Made by a program: the position numbers and the translations under genes. 64,000 nucleotides of DNA from Oikopleura dioica (Eukaryota > Animalia > Chordata): the NCBI GenBank assembly GCA_907165135.1, contig OU015567.1, forward strand, positions 9,362,001 through 9,426,000, written 5' to 3'. Below are positions 23,836-37,454 of this stretch, in pieces. Within the stretch, counting starts at the first letter, position 1, and each line of letters opens with the position of its first letter. A model generated the notes under the pieces. That model made no database searches, had not been told where the DNA came from, and saw nothing but the letters and a program-made list of their open reading frames with translations.

Positions 23836-26800
23836 TTATCGGGCTGAGAAACCGACCGGGCAACTTAACTCGAAATAGTTAACGAACGATGTAGGATCGT
23901 CCGGCTCCGTCGACATCTCCGGCCTATCGCTACTAGTCTCGCTCGCACGGCTACTCGGCCCGTTCCCGCTGGTGTAAATTTTCAGGTCAAACTGAATTAG
24001 CTTCGAAATCGTGCGCATGTCGACCGCCGTGTTTTGCTGAAATAGCAAATGATAAAAAGAACAGGGAGAAAAAGATAAGTACCTGAACTTTCTTGAGAAC
24101 TTCCATGAACGATGTATTGAGCGTTCTCAGGAGCGGCAAAAGAAGCAACACCTTACTCGTATGTCTTCTGTCGCGCGAATCTGTCAGGCCGGCGCGCTCC
24201 ATGATTCCGAGGAAATGATCTCGCGACGCAGCGATTTTGTTGCGATCCGCAATGCAGCTGTTTTGCCGGTCGTCTGAGAAGAGCGCAACGAGCATGAGTA
24301 GGAGAGTATCTTCTTCGGTCATGTTGATTTCAGCTGAATATTTGTTTCAATTTATTTCAAACAATGGTTGTTATATAGACTATATAATATAGTGTACAAT
24401 ATAGTGTGGAGAATCTGGTGTTCATATATGTAATATATTTTAATTCTAACCCATTTTTGCCATAAGTTCCATCATATTATCGATAAAACTCGTGTCACTC
24501 GTGGCGAAGAGAAAATCCTCCCGATAAAGCCACAATCCTTTAGCTCCATTGACAAAAGAGCCATCCTTGTAATCGAAAAAGCACTGAATAAGTAACTTTA
24601 GGTAAACACTCGTTTCGACTTCCAATGATTACCTTGAGGATAAGCAGCTCTAGAATAGTGTTTCTGAGGAGTTGAATTTGGTCGCCAAGTGAAAGCGAGA
24701 CGAACTCTGGGATTAGCTTGCTAAATCGATTGAGTTAAAACGGGGCGAAAAGTGGACGCAGAAATACCAGTAGTTGATGATTTGCTTGATGCCGGACTCC
24801 ATCAAATCGGCCAGAAATTCGACGAATTTCGTTCTTTTCGAAAGAACTAAAATTAAAAATAAGAAATAACATTTCTTTCCCAAAATGAACCTGAAGAGTC
24901 TGAAACGCTGTGCATCGAAAATTCGTCAAACAGCCCGGTGGAGTTGTTATGTTGCACAAATATCCTCTCGTTGCTCTGAAGCGATCCATTCGGCGTCGTC
25001 AACGGTTCGTGGTTCTTGCTGTCCAGGTCTTCGTGCGAAACAGCTGTGTATTCGGTGGTTGACTCGACCCAATGCGCCAGTCTCTCGTAGCTTGCACTAC
25101 TTAGTTGGCTATCCGTGTTTGGGCTTTTGCGGCCACACAAGTCGCGTTGCTTCTTTTCCTTAAAAATCCGTTGAATCCTTTTTCACGCTTTCATAAATAT
25201 TGAATAAAATTAACGCCGCCGTCAAGAGGTCCAATTCGAACACTTTTCTTCCGTCAAAATCCAATCTCATTTCGATATTTACCTGAATTTGCTGAGCAAT
25301 GTATCCATGATGTCTAGCATTCATCAGATAGTTATTTTCCATATCAAAGGCTTTTCTCGCCGCCAAAACAACGCCGAGCGTGGAGGATTCGGTCGAATTT
25401 ATCGACGATCCGGCGACATTATTTGGCGTTGGACAACCAGTAGAGTCGCCATTCGAGTTTCCGTTTGGTAATTCTTCTGTTTGTATTTGCGGGGTTTTTG
25501 AAGCTCGGAGGCAATTACTGGATTGCTTTGGGGACTGTTACTGATTGCAGGACTGTCGAGTAGGCTTGGAGCCTCTGTTATAGCGGATTGAAGTGTTTGG
25601 CCAAAGATTTGATCTGCAAGTTCCGTTGAAGATGTGGAACAATGAATTTGTTGCTTACCCATGTTATAATTGTTGTTATTTCTTTGTGGATTCAAGTTGG
25701 GAAGAGTAGAATCGAAGATATTGCTTGGGATGAAAGGACCTTGTTGCTGGGTGGAAACTAACGGGAGACTGATAGATTGCTGAGGTGGTTGGATAGAATT
25801 TTGAGGAGGATGATGAGGAAGCTGGGGCATACCAACTCGACCGTACTGAAAAGAAATAATCAATATTTAAAAAATAGACAGCGACCTACCTGAAACTGTG
25901 GGTTCCAACTGTTTTGTGCTGCGTCGAGAAAATTGTTAAAGCCCGCCGCCGCCTGAGGATGGGGATTAGGCGGTACGCCCAGAGGATTCTGATGGACCAA
26001 GGTTTGCGGGAATTGCGGTGCTACATTAGGTAAAGGAGATGAATTCGAAATCGCAAGGCCGGGATGGCACGGTGCAATGGGAGAGGCGACGGCTTGAGGG
26101 GGCACTGCTGGCATTGCTTGTTGAGGTGTCACCGGCGACTGGGGAAGGGGAGGCGAGGTCTTTTCACGCTTGATGTCAGGGTAAGAGAATTGAGTAGCGG
26201 TGGGTACGATTGGCCCGGTCGGACCCAAATTGGGGATGAAAGGCGCGCTATCATTACTCCTTGGTTCAGCCTCATTTGTAGCTTGCGGAGATTCTAAAGT
26301 AATCTTGAGTTAACGGATATGAACGCGGTACCCTTACCAGTTTTGATGATCATTTTCTCTTCCTCTGGAGATTTCGGCTCATTAGAAGCAGCGGCAGCTG
26401 CTGCAGCAGCAGCTTCGGCCGCGGCTTTCTCGGCCTCTTTCCGTCGGCGCTCTTCGGTACGTCGATTCTTTCGATGCTGACCGATCATGATTCTATCTCG
26501 TCTCATGCCGGTGCTCTCGCATTTAGCCATACGGCAAGCTTGGCAGTTTTTTCTCCGTTACAGGGTGAAAAATTAATCAAAGAATCAAAAGAAACTCATA
26601 AAGAAATAGAGACGAAGCTAATGAAAGAAATATTTTCAGCCCTGGACCTCCGCTCGCCAGTCACGTCACAATTCTTCTCATAATTGCAAATAAATCTAGC
26701 CCCCTTTTGTACGTTTCGTCTGAAGAATCCCTTAACAATTCTAGTCAGCCACGGAGTTATTCGAAAAATGAGTCAATTGCGAACGGGTTCCATCCGAAAC

Positions 26801-26919
26801 CGCCGCCTTCTTACCTTGCATCCCTCACATGACATTACGCCAAAGTGGTAGCCAGTAGCTCTTCCGGTGCATATTTTGCAGATTCTTTCTTCTTGCGCGC
26901 GATTCTCACGTCCGCTCAT
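23836..26919 (-). CDS. Nuclear receptor, NR1 subfamily (VDR/PXR/LXR-like), divergent
   Basis: [41 protein letters not shown]; LBD signature [29 protein letters not shown] and [13 protein letters not shown]...LLPLLRTLN. Confidence 0.88.
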
Positions 26920-26957
26920 TGTCTAAAATAGATGAGCGGTAAGTATCTCTCTGCGTC

Positions 26958-28741
26958 TCAAATGAGGTCAGTGTGCGCCAGCTCGTAAACAGTTCCAGTG
27001 TGAAAGCCAGGATATTCTTGCTGAATCTCTTTCGGGTAGTCTGTCATCGGGGTTCTTTTTAAGCATCATTATTAAGTTCGCCAGTTCGTGGCAGTCAAGA
27101 GTATCTAGCGATAATATCTTATCACCCAAAAACAAGGATCATCGCGAACTTTCGCTATCTCCCGCATGTTGTAACAAATTATCGTTCCGCCTTGATCGGT
27201 TCAAGTTGAACCCTTGCCTAGAGTGAAGACAACTTTGCACTTTTCCAAAAGATGATGATGCTCATCTAAGAAGTTTCTTCCGGGATCGCCAATAAGGACT
27301 CTGAATCTATAAATTGGTTCACAAAGGGAATAAATAATTAGAACCCTCTGATGCTCTGGGAATTTCTACAACGAGTACTGTATTGAATCACTTGACTATT
27401 GAATCGAACCTTGCCTACAACCATTCGAAGCCAGCTTCAAGAGCCACGAATACACTTGATCGCAAAATTCTGAGGAGTAAAACATGTCTCCAAAAAGAAT
27501 AGTGTCGAAATCAATCACTTGATGATCGAAAAAATCGGTATCGGTGAATTCTCATCAGTGCTTTCTTTTAGACTTTTCAATTCAAAAACAACACGTGTTC
27601 CAGTGCCAGTCAAATGTTCGAAAACATCATTGCATATCGAACTGGTCCTGGGATAAATTTGGTGTAATGCCTGAAATGAGAAAAGAAATCGAACACTGTT
27701 CCTATTTCATTTCCACTGGGGAGGTTGATTGCGGCGTTCAAACGAGCCGCGGAAAGTGCTACTTCATCAATGTCAGCTTAATTAGGGCGATCAAGAAAAG
27801 ATGAAATATTATAGCTAACCAAGTACCCCAAAATAGGGTGTAAAAAAAGATTCGTTACATCGAGAAACATAAAACACAAAACCGATTATAAACTTCTTAT
27901 CGCGCATGATTCACAGGGATAAATAAATTTTGAAACCGTTGTTATAGGAAATAAAACTAAAGATCCACCTGAAAGAGGAAGCTTCCTCGTTCCTTTCTCA
28001 GTAACTCTTCCTCTTTGTATGAAGAACTCATCCTCGTGAAATAAGGTTGGTCAAAACAGAACTGCTCTTTAGCCTTGATTAAGCTGTGCTTAGATGCTGA
28101 TTCCTCACACCCACAGGTACAAGATCTAGCTAAATCAATACAGATTTGACGCCCTTTACTGCACATACATGAGATGCCCTTTTGATCGCCGCCGCTTTGA
28201 TTGGTTATTAAATAAAAGGTTGAACGTTTGAGAAACGAACTCTCCTCCAACGTCTATTTTTCATAATTAATTCTATAATTAACCAATTAACTATCGATGC
28301 CGATCCGCAGCCGCAACCAAAGTCCAAAATTCTACCAAAATCTCTATCTTCAAGGATTATTTCTTTCAAGCTATCAGATAGAAAAGATCGGTTTTTAAAA
28401 ACAGGCTTCTTATCGGTTAAGATTCACGGAATTCGAAATTAAGTGACGTATCTCCAGAAGGGTTAATTATGTCAAACAAGATAAATCCCTTATCAGAATC
28501 CAAAAGATACCGTGTCAGGACCTGTCCACCAGGCCAATAAAACGCCCTAGGTTTAAGCCGTTGTGGCACAACAATAAACACGCGATAAAACATACCAGTA
28601 TGGCTCTTGGAAAGGAAAGTCTTCTTGTGAAACTTTATACGCCGGAGTTTGTGGTGTCACCAGCGCAAGCTTCAGTTCTGGTGTCAGATGGTCACGCGAC
28701 TTCTCGGTCACTGAATAAACTATTTTTAAAGCTGATGACAT
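26958..28741 (-). CDS. ETFBKMT: ETF-beta lysine methyltransferase (METTL20-like)
   Basis: RDHLTPELKL, EPYWAFYWPGGQVLTRYLLD, ILDFGCGCG, DTILFGDMFY, RVLIGDPGR match the ETFBKMT motif order. Confidence 0.88.
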
Positions 28742-31700
28742 ATTATAACCTAAGTCTAAAAACCCACATTTAGACGAGGCTATCAATTTAGTTTGAGTCT
28801 TCCTTATTCATATAAGACCATATATTTCATATATTTTTATAAGATTCGAAACGATCAAATAAAGTTAAAGAATCCAACGCGATAGGGTAAAAGTTAAATA
28901 TTCAATATTGAATAAGAATTTATATTCCTTGCAAAAAATATATTCGACATGATATTATATATACTATCCGCTGAAAATTATGACATGACAAACCTCTATT
29001 GATGGAATCAGCTATTTGGCAGGAAGTAAGTCTTCTATGTTTTATCAGTCGGTTCATTCTGAAACCTCTATATAATATTACATTAGAATTATGTTAAATA
29101 TTATCTGTGTGTATTCAGAGGTGACGGTAGATAGAATACGGAAACTGTTAAGATAAGTGAAGACTTAGAAAAGTTTATAGTGAAGACAGAGTGTGTATGT
29201 GTGCCTGATTAGTTCTCCTCGATAAAAATCATTGTCCGGGAGGGAATGTTCTGCGCCCAGAGGGGTGCGTCTAGTATAAGCTGACGTCTAGGAACTTCGT
29301 TTATAAAGGCAGTGTAATCATGGGCAATTGTGGCGCGGTTAGCTTCGGGAATAACTTCAGTTATGATCTAGGGAACAGATGGTTTATTGATGGAATCAAT
29401 CGAAATTTGGGAAAAATAATCAATCGGTCTTTTTCACGTGACGTAAAATTCGGTGATTTTTACGCAACGTTCATAAAGTCACGTGAATACCTTTTTGATC
29501 ATTATGAAAATCATCACGAAAATGAGCGATTTCAGATATTTGCTTCAACACTCAATAAATAAAATCTGAGCTCTCGCACCTGTCGAAGCGGATTTGTGTT
29601 CTTGATTGACTGTACCTGTAGAGGCGTACGTTCTGCTGAGTATTTTATATTTGCGAGTCGTCGACCTGAGGGTAGTCTCAGTGCCAGTTGGAAGTATTCA
29701 GGACCAGCCCCGCGGCCGAAAGCGATGGAAGAGGCGGCTGATGAGCTGGAATTTGAGCATGGCGATAACGGTCTAAAATCAATGTAAGGGTCATATTATC
29801 TTTAAAGAAAATCAGGTCCTATTTAGTCAAACAAATAGAACATTAGGAATAATAAACTATATGGCCTAAATAATTGATCGCGCGTAACTCTCGTCGAAAA
29901 AATAAAGGACTACCTCTATTTTCCTTCACATGAATATTCATCAATAAATTCTACTTCCTGTGCTTTTCTAACGCACTCTGACTTTCAATAAACAAGAACA
30001 ATGTTATTTCCTTCTCTGTTCTACAATAAATTACAATTATTCGTCAATGAAAAGTATCTCAATTTCAAATGTGTCAAACTACGACGCAAAGCTGCGGGCA
30101 GAGGTAGTAAATATGAATTATCCTCGTAAAGGCACGCGCGCGTGTTTCTCTCTCACTCTGAAGTCATAACTATTACCTCTCTTCATTTTTATTTAATGTT
30201 GTCTTCTTAATAGTTTATTTTTATGGCGAGCGGGTGGCTTTTAATGTCGCTTTGATACTACTCGGTAATCGGGGAAATTTCTTTCATGTTTTTTCTCTCT
30301 TTATTCACACGTTTCCTCGAAAATGTGGTTGAATGAAAAAGTGGGTCGAAACATGTTTCCACTGGTGGATCATTTTTCACATGTGAAAAGTCATTTTTTG
30401 ATGAACTTTTTTTCTGCGCGGTATCTCGAGCACCATCGCGTGGAATTTACCGATTCTATGGCGAGAATCGAAGATTGAAGGAGAAGATATTTCAATCATA
30501 TTCTTCTCTATTTGGTAGAGAGACAATAAACCATGCGTAGAAACGTAGTAAAATTAAATCGGGACAAAATGATATTTTACGTTATTCAATAAACTTCAAA
30601 ACTCATCCTGTCAAAGATGAAAAAACTGCTAATTAGCCAGCCGAAAATAGACCTCCGCTGCTCCTTGCTCTTGACTTTGAAGTCTTCGTCTGATCGACAT
30701 CAAGTTAAAAGTCTACATTTTGGAACATCAGAGTAAAGTGGGAGGACAAGTTTTACATTGTTTTGCGACAGACGTGCAGAATTTTTAAAGCAGAGAGAAG
30801 AAAAAGGAGCATGCTCGTTTATTTTTCATGCGTGGTCAGGGATGACACTGAGTGACAAATTTTCACACAGGAAAATTATTCTTCCGTCATCAAAATCGAC
30901 CGAAAACTACGACTAGCGAGATGGAGTTACTCTGGTAGAAAGACGATCTAAGGGATCAAGATATGCGGTTTAACTCTCTTGTACCACAGCTGCATGTAAC
31001 ATACTGTATGTTATAGATATGTTAAGGGTAACTGGCGATGAAAAATGTGCTCTCAAGTCTTTAAAATCAATGGAAAGGATCAAGCTAAAGCACTCTTATA
31101 TCTTTTTACGATCGATTAGAGAGTTACAGTACCGACCAAAAACACGGTGTTCGACAATACCCTGCCCATTAGTCTACAAAATTAGCCTCAGAAGTAGAAG
31201 ACAAGAAATCGATAAGTCTGTACCTTCCAAGATCTTCAGAAAGCAGCTTGACACGTTTTGTTTGATGCTGATGCTGGATAGATGTGTTTTCTAGTTGCTT
31301 TCAATTGGCTCGAAGAAAACAAGAGAATCGTTCTTTTCTTGTCCCTGAAGATAATTTTAAAGGCCCCCGAAGCCAGTAAGGTACCCATGCGTAAAAAAGT
31401 TCACAGTGAACTTTTTCTCAAATACTAACGGCGCTACTTTTATTAGCGAAGGATCAAGAGCAGTTCGTAAAAAATTCCTTGCTATTTTTCTTTTACATTT
31501 AAAAGCAAAAACAATTATGAATATAAAAATAAAAAAGAGATAGACGCTTTTCCTCGTTTTTATGCTCGGAGAAAAGTAGACAGAAGGAAATTAAAACTTT
31601 TCAATTAGAAATCTGTGGCTGCAATACTGTCAAGGAATTTTTCGGAGATGCCTAAATTCTCATTCATCGAGCCGGTCCTGTGTGGAATTGTCGAGTTGAA

Positions 31701-33797
31701 GCTTGAAGACGTCCGTCTCGTCCCCTTCTGAATTTTGTTCTATTTCCAGGATCACAATCGATGAAATTAAAATAAAAAAATGAAAATGTTCAAATATTTT
31801 ATTACTCAAAATTGATCTTAAATTTTAAGAGCTACAAATGAGCAATCAATCTCATCAACTTCGACAACTGCAGTATGAATCTAAGTGTTTGTTATTCCCC
31901 GAAACAAGTCAATATTTATACTTCAACTCTTGAGTCAGAGGGAACTCCTTCGAGTTCGCTCTACTCTACTTTGCTAGAAATTTTTCTTGTTTGAAAACCG
32001 GAAGGGTGTCTTTTTGGAAGACAACCCAGCAACAGACCAGCCACGTCCGTAAAAAAAACAACAAGTTAAGCTACTCTTTTGGGTTCTGTGTTCTTTTCGG
32101 CCCCGCCTTGGGGCGATTTTTGATACAGTAGCGATATACTAATTAAGAGAGGATTAGGGCTGTAGCAGGTGAACCTCGCCAACCGGGTTAATTATTTTCA
32201 TTTTATCGTTTGGCCATGTAATTATCATTCTAATAATCATCTATCATCAGCCAGTGATATTTGAATAATTGCCACCGTTACTATTACAAACACATGTATT
32301 TATCCACTTATGTAAACAATAATTCAAAGGAAACTTTAGGTACACTCATCTTAGTAGAACTTTGACAAAACAATTCTCTGTCAAGAGTAAAGAACCCGTA
32401 TATATTCTTTAATCTTTTAAAAGTCTCAAATATCTAATCCTCACTGCAAATCACCCATCTAAGTATAGTATGCCTTCTTTAAAAGAATATTCTAACTTAC
32501 TAAACATTCTGAACTTTTGCCACATACAAGAGTCCTACATTCTCTCTTTTCGCCGCTGTCTCGCAGACAATATCGATGACATAAAAATATATAGACACGA
32601 AAAAGTCAATTCTATTCTTAATGGTGTCTATTTTAATTTTCACTTCTTGCTTTATATACGGTATGTCAGTTATTATGTCGAAATTCGATCGGCTAGTAGA
32701 TTTGGCTTAGGTAGAAGACGTCTGTCCTTAACTCTAAACCTGGTTCGTTCTCAGGGGAGACGTTTTTGATTTAGACAATGGCGAACTTTTTGAAAAAATA
32801 AGTGTTTCCTCGAAAAGTATAAATATGATTTGAGAAGTCAATATTTGACTTACAAAAAGTACTACGTTGGGTCATCCAAATTTTGAAACACGTTATTTTC
32901 CGAGAAAACAAATGAAAAGTATAAAAGATGTCAAAACAATATGAATCAAACAGTTATTAAAATACACTATTCAATAACTATCAAGAAGGGACCTTACCAT
33001 GTTTTCGTTTCATTCTTTTTCCTCTATTTACTTGTTCATATCTTCAAAATTCAACTCTCTTTAAAAGCGCACCAGATTTCTTAACAAAAATGTAATAAAA
33101 TTATTTCATTTGGGAGCAATTCTCTTTCGCGAAAAAATCAAAAGATCCAGGTCTCCTGACACATCTCAGATCTGAAGGGGTAGTTACGTGAGGAGAGAGC
33201 GCGTGGGCGTGGCACTAAATGCGTGGGCGCTGGCTGCTCGCCCACGCGTTCGCGAGCCGAACTGCCGAATCGTGACCCATCTGCGCCGTGAACTGGTGAC
33301 TCGCGAGCGCCACCGCCAGAGTGACAACACGTGATTAGCAATATACCGAAAATAAGAAACCAATATTACCAAAATACGCACAATTTTACGTCTGTAATCT
33401 AAACAAATACGCAATACGGAAATCGACAAGAAAACAGCTGTTCCGTTTCCCAGTAGCTACAGTAGTAACAGCTGGATGATTATGACGCAACTATTGATAG
33501 ACATTTTTAGGAGCTTTCGTCACGTAAGATTCTGATAAATCTAACTTCTGTCACATTGAAATACTGTAATTTGACTGCTGAAACTCAGTTTATTGACCGT
33601 TGCGTTTCCTTACAGTATGTTTATTACAGTTTTGCCTCTGGCAGACGCTCGATTCTCTCTACAAAAAGACTTACAGTAACAAAAGCTTTCAAAATTTCAA
33701 AATTGTATAATTTCTGAGAAGTTGTACCAACGAAACCCGGTAGGTCAGGATCAACTGCTCAAAAATCCTTTCTTTGGAACTGATCGTCGATCCGGCA

Positions 33798-34902
33798 CTA
33801 GTCTCGCAGACAGAAAACATGCTGAATTGGGCGGCGGGTTGGGTTTTTCAAAGCCGACCGCGGTCGCCGACTGGCGAGTTTTGGAATTTGCATTTCGCCA
33901 GATTGCGAAAGGCCGTTTGTAAATATATAAGTTAGGCTGACGCGGCGCCAAGTCCGATCATCCGATATCCGAATGTTAGCGCCTCCCGCGGGGCAGAAAC
34001 CGGACGTGGCGAATTCTTCCACTACTGCAGCCAGTAGGTCACGCAAGAAGAAGTCAAAGCTTGGCGATTCGTCTAAAGCGGATTCGGCCGACTTTTGCGG
34101 CAGCCTCTTTTTTCGACAGTTTCCTAATTTTGCAATTGATATTTTCACAATTCAGACTGGAGCATTGTGAAATTCAGAAGATATGAAAATGGAAAAATCT
34201 AAAAAGGATGAGCTTTCACCCTGAGCTCAGCAACCTGTGGAGAAAACCTGAGCCAGAATCTGAAAGATGCGGCTTCTGACTCAGGTTTTCTACACAGGTT
34301 GCCGAGCCAACTTTCCAACTTTCAATCCTCTTTTTTCAGCCCTGGTTAAAAATGCATCTGTATATGCGAATTTTGTCCTGTATGGAATAAAATGAAATGC
34401 CCTGAAGGTTTGATAAGTTAGAATTTTCAATTTGAAAATTTCAAGTACTCGATGGAACTTTTTTCCCCCGTTGGAAGTCCACTAAGTTTCGATGAAGAAG
34501 GACTGCTAATGTTTGTGACTTGTTTCTCTGTTGCTGTTATTCGAAACGAGTCCGATTAAAAGTTGGCTAAGCTCGAGATGATCCCTTCTTTCTTGGCCAG
34601 CGGCGGCAGCTTTCTGAAATGAAGAAACTAAAGTCGGAAGAAGATCGAATTCGATTGAAAAGGGGGTTAGAAAAGGAGGCTTCTTTATGACACAGATGAA
34701 TACTATTTTTAATATTTTTGTTAAAGTATTGTATAAAAAGCTTCTTCTTGTTAAAATTACCTGTATCCTTTGGGGGGCTGCGGAACAATCCTCCCCCTCT
34801 TGCGCTCTTTGGTCGAAGAGGCTGCATTATTCGCTTCTCTTTTTCGATGGATCCGAACAATCTATTATTGTATGTCAATTCCTGTGAAGGAACACAAGAC
34901 AA
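33798..34902 (-). CDS. Possible spliced gene of unknown function
   Basis: ATG at 34902 with GT donor and open frames near 34520-34620 and 33798-34140; phases not fully reconciled. Confidence 0.3.
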
Positions 34903-35268
34903 ATAAATGATTGACAGTTCTGGAGAATTGTGTTCGCAATTTTGAACGAGCTCTTGGTGTTTTTAGCCTCTCATAGTAACCACAATGGAAGACAAAAAAG
35001 CACGTACGGAATGTAAATGTTTACCAACTTAAAAAGATCATAACCCAGGCGTGGCCTTTTGACACTGAAAAGAACCCTTTGTTTGTCAAAAATGTATGAT
35101 AAGAAAAGCGGATACTGTAATACGCTCTAGCTTTTACCGAGCTAATCAAAATCAAAAGCAGAAGCATGTTTAGTTGCATCACTCAGATCAATTTTCAATT
35201 AGCGCTAATTTGAAATTAGCTTCATTCATTCGGCAGATTTTTGATTCTTCCCGCAACTTTCAGAGAAA

Positions 35269-36784
35269 ATGCACTTTTTCACCTTCGTTTTTCTTTTCAA
35301 GGAAATCTCCTCGCAAACAGAGAATGAAACAACAACGACAACGGTGATACCAACTCCCATCGGGTATCGTCGACGAACCTCGGCTGATTTTCTCGACGAG
35401 CTTTTGACCGGTTACGACCGTTTTACCCACCCAAATTATTATACAAAAAAGCCAACGAATATTTCAATCAACTTATTCGTCAATTCCATCGACTCAATTG
35501 AATCGAGCACGATGGACTATAAAATCAACGTCTTCCTCCGAATGAAATGGATCGACAAGCGACTTCGTTTCAGCCAAAAAGACGTGCCAGATCCCGTTTT
35601 GAATGTTCATCCGTCGATGTATGAAAATCTCTGGGTCCCTGATCTGATTTTCTCGAATGAAAAAGTGGGCAATTTTCACACATTGACTACGGACAACCGG
35701 CTCTTGAAATTGAGCAGAAACGGGGAGGTCTACACGTCGATTCGGATATCGTTGACATTGGGCTGTTTCATGGACTTTCGCCTCTTTCCGATGGACATTC
35801 AAAACTGCCCGATTCAAATGGAATCCTTTGGCTACAGCATGGACACTCTCCAATTCAACTGGCAAGAGAAAGACGCGATTCAGCTGAACGACAACATCGT
35901 TCTTCCACAATTTAAAATCAAAGGCTTCAAATTAGAAGATTGCACGAAAGTTTACTCGTCTGGAAAATTCACTTGCAAGGAAGGCCAGTTCATCATGCAA
36001 CGACAACTGGGTTATTATTTTGTGCAGATGTATGTTCCGACAGTTTTGGTAGTTTGTCTCAGTTGGATTAGCTTTTGGATAGATATTAACGCGGCTCCTG
36101 CGAGAACTTCTCTTGGTGTCACTACTGGTAGGCTTTTTTTGACTTTAACAACTTCAGAGGATCTTCTCAGTTTTGACGATTACACAACAGGCTCAAAGCT
36201 CAGCAGCTGAAGTTCCCAAACTTTCATACATAAAGGGTAACATTAGACATCTCTTCCTTTATTCTTTTTCTATAAGGAATTGATTATTGGATGACAACCT
36301 GCATGATATTCGTTTTCGCCGCGCTGCTAGAATATGCGATCGTACAGTGGATATCTAGGAAAGACAAAGACAGTGCTTTTTACAAGCGTAAGATTCAAGA
36401 AATCCGGGCAAGGAATGATCCAAACGGCGAATTTACTTCTCAATTTGAGAAGATTAACGGATGGCTGCAGGTAGAATCTTCCTTGATTTCAGTATTGAGA
36501 ATATTCAGTCGTCCGTTTTTTCCCTTATTCCGGGAATCTCGAAAATATCCGGCTACATACAAAGACATTTCGAGTTTGTGTTTTTGAACAACGAAGAACC
36601 AGATCAGAAGAAGTTCTACCAAGAGTTCGCCGTGATGATTGACAAACGAGCACAAGTTCTTTTTCCTCTTGCATTTGCTGTCTTTACACTGCTTTACTGG
36701 TCTGTGCTCTTTGGATCTGAAGAAGCTGCTGAGAAGGTTTTAGATGATGCTGTTCCTTATGTTGCTAAATATGAAATGAAATAA
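35269..36784 (+). CDS. Cys-loop ligand-gated chloride channel, glycine-receptor-like subunit
   Basis: LWVPDLIFSNEK, Cys loop CFMDFRLFPMDIQNC, M1 GYYFVQMYVP, anion-type PAR before M2, M3 IDYWMTTCMIFVFAALLEYA, M4 IDKRAQVLFPLAF. Confidence 0.92.
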
Positions 36785-36865
36785 ATTATTGAATAATAAA
36801 CTCGTCCGCACAGAGTTGAATTGAGATTCGATTTGGAAATTTCTCTAGAAATCTATGTTGCAATG

Positions 36866-36973
36866 GCTGTCTTTACACTTCTTTACTGGTCTGTGCTTTT
36901 TGGATCCGAAGAAGCTGCGGAGAAGGTTTTAGATGATGCTGTTCCTTATGTTGCTAAATATGAAATGAAATAA
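36866..36973 (+). repeat. Tandem copy of the last 108 nt of the channel CDS (36677-36784)
   Basis: Direct alignment shows four substitutions, all synonymous third positions. Confidence 0.95.
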
Positions 36974-37454
36974 ATGATGTGCTTGCGGGCGCGCGCTTCC
37001 CTTGATTTTCTAGATTTCACCCTACTTTATTGAATAAATAATTGAATAAAGTTCTGACTCGATTCGCAAAATCCGAAGGTGGTGCGTTTTTAATTTTTTT
37101 GGCTGACGAATCAGCGTCGTCTGAAAGATCTGAGTGGATGATTTCGAGAACACAATTCGAGTTGCTGAGAGTGCTTTCGGTTTTTTATCAATAGAGAAAT
37201 TAATAAGAGATTATTACTGCTTTATCTTCTCAGTGTTTTTTGGGACCCTTCTAAAAATTTTGGCAGTTATCGCAAAAACACGGTTTCGCAACCACTTGGA
37301 AAATGATTGCAATCACTAACAGTTGACCACATATTTCTCCCTTGCATCACCTGACTGCTTCCTTCCGCCTTTATATTCCCTTCTGCTCTGTCTCTTGAAT
37401 CCAATTAGCGACTTTCAAGTGAAAGTTTAGAGAAATTCTTATATTATATAAGAA

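Noticed and set aside
29424-29480. Inverted pair of TCACGTGA E-box motifs
   Set aside because: Could be regulatory, but short motifs arise by chance and there is no supporting evidence.
29540-29790. Candidate exon near 29.6-29.8 kb
   Set aside because: Open frames and splice-like signals on both strands and no partner exons found; strand unresolved.
35494-35910. Antisense ORF in the channel gene (also 58828-59139, 9263-9586, 54466-54870)
   Set aside because: Shadow ORFs opposite well-supported coding exons.
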